DNA from: Candidatus Uhrbacteria bacterium | Lineage (GTDB): Bacteria > Patescibacteriota > Patescibacteriia > UBA9934 > GWF2-40-263 | Assembly (NCBI GenBank): GCA_037131775.1 | Contig: JBAXQK010000001.1 | Location: forward strand, 76,708-140,707 | Length of the DNA stretch: 64,000 nucleotides | Reading direction: 5' to 3' | Shown here: one piece after another, positions 19,192-27,880 of the stretch | Layout of the letters: each line of letters begins with the position of its first letter | Numbering within the stretch: position 1 is the first letter of the stretch | Made by a program: the position numbers and the translations under genes | The notes under the pieces: generated by a model | What the model saw: the letters and a program-made list of their open reading frames with translations, nothing else | Databases searched by the model: none | Told to the model about the DNA's origin: nothing

Positions 19192-20448
19192 TTATTCAAG
19201 CGGTGTGTGATCAAGATAGTTGAGCGGATTCACCGGGATGCCGTTTAACCGAACTTCGTAGTGCAGGTGCGCTCCGGTCGAAAGTCCCGCGCCCTGCATT
19301 CCAGGGACTCCGCCGGAAAGTCCGATCACCGTTCCGCGTCCGACGTACTCGTCCTGCTTTACGGCAAACTTCGATAGGTGGGCGTAGAGCGTCGCGATGC
19401 CGTCGGAGTGGATCACCATCACATAGTTGCCATACTGCGTTCCGGTCTTCGTCCAAGCCACGTATCCCGGCGCGGATGATTTTACCGGAGTGCCGAGCGG
19501 CGTCGGTATATCGATTCCCGGATGCTCGAACAGATGTCGGAACGGATAGGTCGGATCATGATAAAGCGTCGAGAGCCCCTTGTTCGGAGCCAACGGCCAT
19601 GAGATGACACTGCTCCCCTGCCCCGTATTGTCCAGAGTCGACAATTTGCGCTCAACCTCGCCCTGGAGGGCACCAATCTCCTGGCTGACGGACTGCTGTT
19701 CCGCGTGAATGCTTGATAAAAAACCCTGAAATGCGCTTTCCGTGCGCAGCGTTTGAGCGAGAAGAAACTGCTTTGCCTCCTTTTCCTCGTCGAGCTGACC
19801 CTTTTGGCGCAATTGGTCGGCCTGGAGATCGGCAAGGCGCGTGCGTTTTCCAACCTGCGCGGCACGGTCATTTATCACGGACGTACGCTCGGCCTCCGCG
19901 CGCGTCAGCGCGTTCTTCAGGTCTCCCGTGACGCTTGAAAGCTGCTGCAGTCGGTCGAACAGCTCGCCAAACGAATCCGAGCCGAACAGGAGCTGCAGCG
20001 TCATGTCGTTGTCATACGTGTCCATCTTGCGGAGAATGTCGCCAAGGGATGCACGGTCGAGTTCAAGCTGATGCTCGATCGCGTCGGCGCGGATCTGCAG
20101 AAGCTGGATCTCGTCGTTCGTGGCCGAGATGTCCTCGTCGGTAGCCGAGATGTCCAGTTCGGTCTTTGCCACGCGGTTGTCGAGCAATTCCATCTCGCTT
20201 ACGAGCGTCGCGCTCTGCGCCTCCGCATCGGCGATCTTTTTCTTGTACGTGGCCACGCTCCCGTTCAGCTTATCCACCTCCGCCTTCTTCTGCGCGATCT
20301 GATCGTTCAGGTCCGTGATCGTTCCTGCCGCCTTGGAATCGCTTACGGCGACGGTCGACGCCGAATCCGTCGTATCCGCGAACGCAAACCGCACGGCGAC
20401 AAACGTCGTGACCATCAGCACGGGGATGACGAAGAACAATTTTTTCAT
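19192..20448 (-). CDS. M23 (LytM) family peptidase with N-terminal signal peptide and long coiled-coil (EnvC-like)
   Basis: C-terminal ...GIDIPTPLGTPVKSSAPGYV...AHLHYEV matches the M23 HxH metal site. N-terminal heptad-rich region. Start taken at MKKLFFVIPVLMV. Confidence 0.8.
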   Translation of the reverse strand: MKKLFFVIPVLMVTTFVAVRFAFADTTDSASTVAVSDSKAAGTITDLNDQIAQKKAEVDKLNGSVATYKKKIADAEAQSATLVSEMELLDNRVAKTELDISATDEDISATNDEIQLLQIRADAIEHQLELDRASLGDILRKMDTYDNDMTLQLLFGSDSFGELFDRLQQLSSVTGDLKNALTRAEAERTSVINDRAAQVGKRTRLADLQADQLRQKGQLDEEKEAKQFLLAQTLRTESAFQGFLSSIHAEQQSVSQEIGALQGEVERKLSTLDNTGQGSSVISWPLAPNKGLSTLYHDPTYPFRHLFEHPGIDIPTPLGTPVKSSAPGYVAWTKTGTQYGNYVMVIHSDGIATLYAHLSKFAVKQDEYVGRGTVIGLSGGVPGMQGAGLSTGAHLHYEVRLNGIPVNPLNYLDHTPLE

Positions 20449-20460
20449 GTTGTCGATCTC

Positions 20461-20502
20461 GTTCCCCCTCCTCATAGGGAGGAGGGGTCAGGGGTAGTCG
20501 TC
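20461..20502. repeat. Family-1 palindromic element copy A, intergenic (between gltX stop and peptidase start)
   Basis: GTTCCCCCTCCTCATAGGGAGGAGGGGTCAGGGGTAGTCGTC. The core CCCCTCCTC-ATAGG-GAGGAGGGG is a perfect palindrome. Confidence 0.85.
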
Positions 20503-20509
20503 GCGCTTC

Positions 20510-21973
20510 CTAGAGCAACCCAATCGCACTTGCGAGCCTGCGCATCGTCTCATCCTTGCCAAGCGCCCACGCGAGCTCGAACGGGCTCGGGGATGCGGCA
20601 CGGCCGGACAATGCCACGCGGGTCGGCCAAAGGACATTTCCATTCGACAAGCCCTTTGCCTCAATATACGCCTTTATCGACGTTTCGACCATGGAGATCT
20701 CGTTCCAGACGCTCTCGTCGGCTATCGCGAGATGGTCGCGTACGCCCGCGAGGTTCGCCTTGCTGTCCGCCGCGTCCGCCTTCTTCCAAACGAGTATCGC
20801 CGGATCGTACGCGGGGACCGAGACGTATGCGTCGACGATCTCGACGATATCCGTAAGTCGCTCCATCCGCGTCTTCTCAATTGCGCAGATCTTTTCGAGC
20901 AGCGCCGCGTCGACCGTCTTCCCGGAAGCGTCGAGAAACGGACGGACGAGTGCGACGAGCTCCGACGCCGTTTTCTTCATGATGTACTGTCCGTTCATCC
21001 AGTTGAGCTTCGCCTGGTCGAATACCGCCCCAGACTTGTTGATCTTCGCCAGGTCGAACAGCTCGATCAGCTCGTCGATCGCATAGATCTCCTGGTCCGC
21101 CTTCGGGTTGAACCCGAGCAGCGCGACGAAATTGACGAGTGCTTCCGGAAGATATCCCTTCGCGAGATAGTCCTCGACCGCGACATCTCCCTGGCGCTTC
21201 GACAGCTTCGACTTGTCCGGATTGAGGAGGAGCGGCAGGTGAGCGAACAACGGCGCGTCCCAGCCGAACAGACGGTATAGGATGACGTGCTTCGGCGTGG
21301 ACGAGATCCATTCCTCGCCGCGAATGACGTGGGTGATCTTCATCAGGTGGTCGTCGACGACGACGGCCATGTGGTACGTCGGAAACCCGTCGGACTTGAT
21401 CAGAACCTGGTCGTCGACCTCCGCGTTGTTAATCGTAATCGTTCCCCGGATCACGTCCTCGAAGGAAGTCTCTCCTTCCGGGACTCGGAGGCGGAGAACA
21501 TGCGATTCTCCGGCGCCCAAGCGTCGTAAAACTTCCTCAGATGACAAGGATGCGCAGTGGCGATCGTACTTCGTCGACAGCTTGGCAATCTCCTGCTGCT
21601 TGCGAAGACCGTCGAGCCGCTCCGACGAGCAGAAACAGACGTACGCGACACCAGCGTCGAGAAGCTGTTTCGCGTATTGCGCGTAGATCGGAAGTCGCTC
21701 CGACTGGATGTACGGCCCAACGTCGCCGGTTTGCGCGATCACTCCGTCGACGAGCTTCGGACCCTCGTCCGGCAACAGGTTCACACGCTCGAACATCCGC
21801 AGAAGCGACTCGACAGCCCCAGGAACGAACCGCTCGCGGTCCGTGTCTTCTATGCGAAGGATATACGTCCCGGTTTGCTGACGAGCAAGCAAATAGTTGT
21901 ACAGCGCCGTGCGAAGACCGCCGACATGGAGAAAGCCTGTTGGAGACGGGGCGAAGCGGGTTCGAACGGACAT
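20510..21973 (-). CDS. gltX: Glutamyl-tRNA synthetase
   Basis: MSVRTRFAPSPTGFLHVGG (HIGH region) and KLSKR (KMSKS). Start taken at the internal Met. Confidence 0.95.
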   Translation of the reverse strand: MSVRTRFAPSPTGFLHVGGLRTALYNYLLARQQTGTYILRIEDTDRERFVPGAVESLLRMFERVNLLPDEGPKLVDGVIAQTGDVGPYIQSERLPIYAQYAKQLLDAGVAYVCFCSSERLDGLRKQQEIAKLSTKYDRHCASLSSEEVLRRLGAGESHVLRLRVPEGETSFEDVIRGTITINNAEVDDQVLIKSDGFPTYHMAVVVDDHLMKITHVIRGEEWISSTPKHVILYRLFGWDAPLFAHLPLLLNPDKSKLSKRQGDVAVEDYLAKGYLPEALVNFVALLGFNPKADQEIYAIDELIELFDLAKINKSGAVFDQAKLNWMNGQYIMKKTASELVALVRPFLDASGKTVDAALLEKICAIEKTRMERLTDIVEIVDAYVSVPAYDPAILVWKKADAADSKANLAGVRDHLAIADESVWNEISMVETSIKAYIEAKGLSNGNVLWPTRVALSGRAASPSPFELAWALGKDETMRRLASAIGLL

Positions 21974-21978
21974 AATTT

Positions 21979-22821
21979 CTATTTTCCCTTGAGTTGATTG
22001 ATAATTTCCGGAACCGTCGCGCGACACGCGGCGACGAACCGATGCCGCCTCAGTGTATCCCAGACGACGACCGCTGGGAAGACGATCGCGGCGTTGAAAA
22101 TCCGCTTGAATCGGCGCGGTTCGATGACGAGTCGCCAGACCCATTCGAGCCCGACGCGACGGACGAACAAGGGCGCGCGTCGCTTCGTCCCGGCAATCAT
22201 GTCGAAGGCGCCGCCGACGCCGATGTAGATGCGGGGTTGGTTAATTGGTAAATTGGCCAAATGGTCATGTGACGAACGAAGCGCCTCGATGAAACGTTCC
22301 TGCTTGCCCATGCCAAGCGCGACGGCGACGACGTCTGCATTTTCGAAGCTGGTGAGTTTCGTGCGGTCGCACGAAAGTGACCCGGTATGAGTTTTTTCGT
22401 TCGAGACGATTCCTACGTCGACGACCGTGACGTCGAGTCCCGCGAACTGCCGGCGCATCGATTCCGCCGCTGCTTCCGCGACGCCCGGGCCGCCGCCGAC
22501 GAGGACGAGGCGCTTCCCCTGCCCCGCGCAGAGCTTTGCGAGCAGCAAGAGAGTGTCGACGCCGGTATGACGGTTCGACAAACGGTTTCCCGTCAGCGCC
22601 GGAATCGCAAATCGGAGTCCCACGCCATCGGGCAAGGACAGATCCGCGCGATTCAACAGGTCGACGAACGACGGATCGCGTCGCGCGGCGAGGACGAACT
22701 CGGGGTTCGGGGTGACGATCGTATTCGACGAATCCGACGACAGCCACCCGGACAGAAGGTCCGTCAGCTCGCCTGTGGACAAGTCGGAAATACGCACGCC
22801 GAACAGTTCAAAAACTCTCAT
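21979..22821 (-). CDS. WecB/TagA/CpsF-family glycosyltransferase (GT26)
   Basis: The pattern ...TPNPEFV...DG.GL...G(x)nLVGG... resembles UDP-ManNAc(A) transferases. Start taken at MRVFELFGVRI. Confidence 0.7.
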   Translation of the reverse strand: MRVFELFGVRISDLSTGELTDLLSGWLSSDSSNTIVTPNPEFVLAARRDPSFVDLLNRADLSLPDGVGLRFAIPALTGNRLSNRHTGVDTLLLLAKLCAGQGKRLVLVGGGPGVAEAAAESMRRQFAGLDVTVVDVGIVSNEKTHTGSLSCDRTKLTSFENADVVAVALGMGKQERFIEALRSSHDHLANLPINQPRIYIGVGGAFDMIAGTKRRAPLFVRRVGLEWVWRLVIEPRRFKRIFNAAIVFPAVVVWDTLRRHRFVAACRATVPEIINQLKGK

Positions 22822-22947
22822 ATTCAGCAAAAATACTAGCATTTCTACTTGACTTTTGCAAATTAGCACTCTATACTACCGAGTGCCAACTTGTTGCTTT
22901 CGTCATCCTCCAAACTACAAACAACCAAGTACCCAAAACCCCCCCCT

Positions 22948-25578
22948 ATGTTGCCAAACAACTTTACCCTCAAATCCCAAGAGGCGCTTCAGACGGCGAA
23001 CAACCTGGCCGTACAGGGTGGGCAGCCGGCGCTCGAACCGATCCACCTGGTCGCTTCCCTTTTGTCGCAGGACGAGGGGGTCGTGCCGGCGATCATGAAC
23101 AAGATTGTCGGGAATCCTTCCGACCTCCGGGCCGAGGTCGAGAAGATTATCGACGCGCTGCCGAAGCAGAAGGCGCAGGGCGGCGGGATCGGGCAGATTT
23201 TTTTGGCGCCTGAGATGGCGACCGTGCTTTCGGAGTCCGCGACGATCGCGAAGCAGTTCAAGGACGATTATATTTCTACCGAGCACCTCCTGCTTGGGCT
23301 ATTGAAAAACAAGAACGTCGCGCGGTTCCTTGGCAAATACAAGATGACCGACGAGACAGTGCTCCAGGCGCTCAAGGACATTCGCGGGACCCAGCGCGTC
23401 GACAGCCAGGAGCCCGAGACGAAATACCAGGCGATCAAAAAGTACAGCCGCAACCTGACGGACGCCGCGCGCGTCGGCGAGCTCGACCCGGTGATCGGAC
23501 GCGACGCCGAAATTCGTCGCGTCATGCAAGTCCTGTCGCGTCGCACAAAAAACAACCCGGTGCTCATCGGCGAGGCGGGCGTGGGAAAGACGGCGATCAT
23601 CGAGGGGCTTGCCCAGCGCATCGTGGACGGGGACGTTCCCGAGATGCTGAAGGAAAAGGAAATCATTGCGCTCGACGTGGGGTCGATGGTAGCCGGGACG
23701 AAGTATCGCGGCGAGTTTGAGGACCGTCTCAAGGCCGTGCTCAAGGAGATCGAAGGATCGGGCGGAAAGATCATCCTGTTCATCGACGAGCTCCACACGC
23801 TCGTCGGCGCGGGCACGACCGAGGGGAGCTCGCTCGACGCGGCCAACATGCTGAAGCCCGCGCTTGCTCGCGGAAAGCTCCGCGCGGTCGGAGCGACGAC
23901 GCTCAAGGAGTACCAGCGCTATATCGAAAAGGACCCCGCGCTCGAACGCCGGTTCCAACCGGTGATCGTCGACGAGCCGAGCGTCGAGGATAGCATCGCG
24001 ATCTTGCGCGGCATCAAGGAAAAATATGAGCTCCATCACGGCGTGCGCGTCTCGGACCCGAGCATCGTCGCCGCCGCCGAGCTGTCGCACCGCTATATCA
24101 CCGACCGCCAGCTGCCCGACAAGGCCGTCGACCTGATGGACGAGGCCGCCGCCGCGCTGCGCATGCAGATTGACTCGATGCCGGAGGAGCTCGACATGCT
24201 GAAGCGCGACCTGATCCGCCACGAGATCGAGAGGAAGGCTCTCGAGAAGGAGGAGGACAAGGACTCAAAGGCGCGACTCGGCGAGATCGAGCGTCAGATC
24301 GCGGATTTGCGCGAGAAGACCGACGCGCTTGAGGGAAAGTGGCGGAACGAGAAGGACAAGATCGGCGAGATTCAGTCGGCAAAGAGCGCCGTCGAGAAAC
24401 TGCGCGCCGAGGCCGAGATCGCCGAGCGCCGCGGGGACCTCGAGACGGTTGCGAAGATCCGCTACGGGACGATTCCCGCCGAGGAGCGTCGTTTGAAAGA
24501 GGCGGAGGTCGCGCTGACCCAGCTCCAGCAAGATCGCGGATTGCTCAAACAGGTCGTCACGGAGGAAGACATCGCCGCGGTCGTGAGCCGATGGACGTCG
24601 ATCCCCGTTTCAAAGATGCTCGAGTCCGAGCTGAAGAAGCTGGCTCGCATGGAGGACGAGCTGACCAAACGCGTCGTCGGCCAGAAGGAGGCCATCGCCG
24701 CCGTGTCGAACGCGCTGCGACGGTCGCGCGCCGGAATCTCGGAATCGAACCGGCCGATCGGGTCGTTCATCTTCCTCGGCCCGACGGGCGTGGGAAAGAC
24801 CGAGCTCGCCCGCGCCCTCGCCGGGTTCATGTTCAACGACGAGTCCGCGCTGGTTCGCCTCGACATGAGCGAGTACATGGAAAAGCACGCCGTCTCCAAG
24901 ATCCTCGGTTCCCCGCCGGGATACGTCGGCCACGAGGAGGGCGGCCAGCTCACGGAGATCGTGCGTCGCAAGCCGTACTCGGTGCTGCTGTTCGACGAGA
25001 TCGAGAAGGCGCACCCGGACACGTTCAACGTCCTCCTCCAGATTCTCGACGAGGGGCATCTCACCGACGCGAAGGGCCGCAAGGTCAACTTCAAGAACAC
25101 GGTGATCATCATGACGTCGAACATCGGGTCCGACGTGATCCTCGACATGGGAAAGACGCGCGGAACCATCGGGTTCAGCGAAGACGAGACCGGCGCGGGC
25201 GAAGAGGGCGAGATCCAGGAACGCGTCATGGGGATGCTCCGCGACCACTTCCGCCCGGAGTTCCTGAACCGCGTCGACGAGATCATCATGTTCCACGCGC
25301 TGACCGAGGCGCAGATTGGCGAGATCGTGAACCTCCAGCTCACCCGGACGTTCGAGCGCCTTGAGAAGGAACGCGGAATCGTCCTCTCCGTCTCGCCCGC
25401 CGCGAAGAAACTGTTGGCACGGAAGGGGTACGATCCGGCGTACGGCGCGCGCCCGCTGAAGCGCGTCATCCAGCGTCTGATTCTCGACCCGCTGGCGATG
25501 CGAATCGTCGAGGGAAGCCTGAAGGAAGGACAGTCCGTGGCCATCGGGGCAAAGGCAGACGAGATCGTGATCTCGTAG
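22948..25578 (+). CDS. clpB: Chaperone ClpB (AAA+ disaggregase)
   Basis: Two Walker A sites ([16 protein letters not shown]), a middle coiled-coil, and the Clp N-domain. Start at [14 protein letters not shown] in a ccCCTATG context. Confidence 0.95.
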   Translation: MLPNNFTLKSQEALQTANNLAVQGGQPALEPIHLVASLLSQDEGVVPAIMNKIVGNPSDLRAEVEKIIDALPKQKAQGGGIGQIFLAPEMATVLSESATIAKQFKDDYISTEHLLLGLLKNKNVARFLGKYKMTDETVLQALKDIRGTQRVDSQEPETKYQAIKKYSRNLTDAARVGELDPVIGRDAEIRRVMQVLSRRTKNNPVLIGEAGVGKTAIIEGLAQRIVDGDVPEMLKEKEIIALDVGSMVAGTKYRGEFEDRLKAVLKEIEGSGGKIILFIDELHTLVGAGTTEGSSLDAANMLKPALARGKLRAVGATTLKEYQRYIEKDPALERRFQPVIVDEPSVEDSIAILRGIKEKYELHHGVRVSDPSIVAAAELSHRYITDRQLPDKAVDLMDEAAAALRMQIDSMPEELDMLKRDLIRHEIERKALEKEEDKDSKARLGEIERQIADLREKTDALEGKWRNEKDKIGEIQSAKSAVEKLRAEAEIAERRGDLETVAKIRYGTIPAEERRLKEAEVALTQLQQDRGLLKQVVTEEDIAAVVSRWTSIPVSKMLESELKKLARMEDELTKRVVGQKEAIAAVSNALRRSRAGISESNRPIGSFIFLGPTGVGKTELARALAGFMFNDESALVRLDMSEYMEKHAVSKILGSPPGYVGHEEGGQLTEIVRRKPYSVLLFDEIEKAHPDTFNVLLQILDEGHLTDAKGRKVNFKNTVIIMTSNIGSDVILDMGKTRGTIGFSEDETGAGEEGEIQERVMGMLRDHFRPEFLNRVDEIIMFHALTEAQIGEIVNLQLTRTFERLEKERGIVLSVSPAAKKLLARKGYDPAYGARPLKRVIQRLILDPLAMRIVEGSLKEGQSVAIGAKADEIVIS

Positions 25579-25593
25579 TATAATGGCGCCGTT

Positions 25594-27003
25594 ATGAAAC
25601 GGCGCCTTTTGCTTTGCTCCCTCATCGGTCTCGTGGCATTTTCCTCAATGCCGGCGCCCGTTTTCGCGTACGACTTCGTGCCGAACTACGTCATTTCCGA
25701 CGCGGAGATGACCGATGTCTCCAGCATGACCCAGGCACAAATCCAGGCATTCCTCGACGCGTACGGCACGCTCGGCTCACGTTCGTTCGAGGACGTAGAC
25801 GGTTCCGTTCGAACCTCCGCGGAAATCATCTATAACGCGGCCAATCGCAATCGAATAAGTCCGCGGGTGATCCTTGTCACGCTTCAGAAGGAACAGAGCC
25901 TGATCGACGACACGAGCCCGAAGCAGAGCCAACTCGACTGGGCGATGGGATACGGGATCTGCGACAGTTGCAACCACGAGACGGAAGCGGCCCAGCGTTT
26001 TCGAGGATTCGCAAAGCAGGTGAACTCCGCGACGCTTCAGTTCGGCGAAGGCTACATGGCCGACCTCGCCGCGTTCGGAAAGACGCTCGCGGGATACGGC
26101 CCCGGCGTGACCGTCGCCGTCGACGACATCCTCCTCACTCCCGCGAACAACGCCACCGCCGCGCTCTACACCTACACTCCGCACACGCACGGCAACGAGA
26201 ATTTCTCCAAGCTCTGGCAACGCTGGTTCACGCACGACTATCCGGATGGAACGCTTCTCCAAAACACGGAGGACGGCGGCGTCTGGCTCATCCAGTACGG
26301 CATGCGCCGACCCATCACGTCCCGTGCCGCGCTCCTCACGCGCTTCAACGAGAAGGCGATCGTCCCGGTCACGTCCACGTCGCTCGCCGTATTCCCCATG
26401 GGGCGTGCAATTTCGCTGCCGAACTATTCCCTGCTCCAGTCCCCAAAGGGAACGGTCTACCTCCTCGTGGACGACTCGATCCGAGGGTTCGTTTCCCGCG
26501 AGGCGATGCGCGCCACCGGACTGAACCCTGAGGATGCGATCGACGTCTCGTTCGACGATCTTGCCACGTACAGGGAAGGCTCGCCGATCACGAGCGACAG
26601 CGTTTATCCGCAGGGCGCGCTCCTTCAGGACACGAGGACCGGCGGCGTCTACTTCGTTGAGAATGGGTCGAAGTCGGCGATCATGTCCCGCGAGATCATG
26701 AGCACAAAATTTAAAAGCCTCGCGATCCAACCGGCGGAAGCGGGCGAGCTCGACGCGTATCCGACGGTCGACCCCGTCCCGTTCCCGGACGGCACCCTGA
26801 TCAGTCCAAACGGCAGGTCGGATATCTACGTAGTTTCCGGTGGAAAGCGCCTCCCGATCCCCAACGGCGAGACGTTCCTGTCCTACGGGTGGAACTGGGA
26901 CCAGGTCATCAAGACGAACGACCGATCGATCGACATTCTCCCGCTTGGTGATCCGATCGAGCCAATTCAGGCGATCGAGCCCAATGACACGCAATCCCTA
27001 TGA
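25594..27003 (+). CDS. Secreted hypothetical protein with four tandem ~45-aa repeats (GxVYLV..G.R..I.S.E...)
   Basis: Signal peptide. Four degenerate repeats: GGVWLIQYGMRRPITSRAAL, GTVYLLVDDSIRGFVSREAM, GGVYFVENGSKSAIMSREIM, SDIYVVSGGKRLPIPNGETF. Confidence 0.4.
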   Translation: MKRRLLLCSLIGLVAFSSMPAPVFAYDFVPNYVISDAEMTDVSSMTQAQIQAFLDAYGTLGSRSFEDVDGSVRTSAEIIYNAANRNRISPRVILVTLQKEQSLIDDTSPKQSQLDWAMGYGICDSCNHETEAAQRFRGFAKQVNSATLQFGEGYMADLAAFGKTLAGYGPGVTVAVDDILLTPANNATAALYTYTPHTHGNENFSKLWQRWFTHDYPDGTLLQNTEDGGVWLIQYGMRRPITSRAALLTRFNEKAIVPVTSTSLAVFPMGRAISLPNYSLLQSPKGTVYLLVDDSIRGFVSREAMRATGLNPEDAIDVSFDDLATYREGSPITSDSVYPQGALLQDTRTGGVYFVENGSKSAIMSREIMSTKFKSLAIQPAEAGELDAYPTVDPVPFPDGTLISPNGRSDIYVVSGGKRLPIPNGETFLSYGWNWDQVIKTNDRSIDILPLGDPIEPIQAIEPNDTQSL

Positions 27004-27785
27004 TCGTCTTCGCCGCATTCACGCCGCATACACCGCTACTCCTTCCGCCAATCGGCAAGGATGCCCTTCAAAAATTGTCGTCAACGACCGATGCCATGGA
27101 TCGGCTCGGCGACGAGCTTCGCGAGGCGCGGCCAGACACGATCGTGATTATCTCCGCCCATGCCACCCAGCATGACGGCGCCTTTTCGGCGAACCTGCAC
27201 GACTCGTATCTCGTCGACCTCCGCGACTTCGGCGACCTGACGACTACCGCCGAGTTCGAGCCGAACCTTTCGCTCATCGACGCGATCCAGCGCGCGGTTC
27301 GTCGCGCGCAAATCCCCTTCACCCTCGACTCGGACTCGACGCTCGACTACGGTACCGCCGTTCCCCTCGTCGCGATCGGCGCCAGGGCGCAGATCGTCCC
27401 GATCTCCTTCAGCAATCTTCCTGCGAAGGATCACTTCTCGTTCGGCAAGGCGCTCAAGGACGTGCTTGCGAATCGCAAGGAACGCATCGCGATCGTCGCG
27501 TCCGGCGACCTGTCGCACGCGCTTACTTCAGACGCTCCGGCCGGCTATCGACCGGAGGGCGAGACGTTCGACTCGGCCGTCCGCCAGGCGGTCGTCCAGG
27601 CGAGCGCCTCCCAGCTGCTAACACTCGACGAGGAAACCGTCGAGAAGGCCGAGGAGTGCGCCTATCGCCCCCTGCTCGTCCTGTTTGGAATCCTCGACCA
27701 AGTTCCGACGGTTCCGGAGGTACTCTCCTACGAGCACCCGTTCGGCGTCGGCTACCTCGTGGCCCAGTTCCATCTTGGAAGTTAA
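27000..27785 (+). CDS. LigB-family (class III extradiol dioxygenase / YgiD-DODA-like) protein
   Basis: Conserved blocks resemble YgiD: ...TIVIISAHA..., ...ASGDLSHAL..., ...YRPLLVLFGIL.... Confidence 0.6.
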   Translation: MIVFAAFTPHTPLLLPPIGKDALQKLSSTTDAMDRLGDELREARPDTIVIISAHATQHDGAFSANLHDSYLVDLRDFGDLTTTAEFEPNLSLIDAIQRAVRRAQIPFTLDSDSTLDYGTAVPLVAIGARAQIVPISFSNLPAKDHFSFGKALKDVLANRKERIAIVASGDLSHALTSDAPAGYRPEGETFDSAVRQAVVQASASQLLTLDEETVEKAEECAYRPLLVLFGILDQVPTVPEVLSYEHPFGVGYLVAQFHLGS

Positions 27786-27880
27786 TTTTTATTTTGTCAT
27801 TGCGGGGGCATCAGACCAAAGCAATCTATCCGGGATTGCTTCGTCGGCTGAGGCTTTCTCAATGAGAGACGATTTGAACC

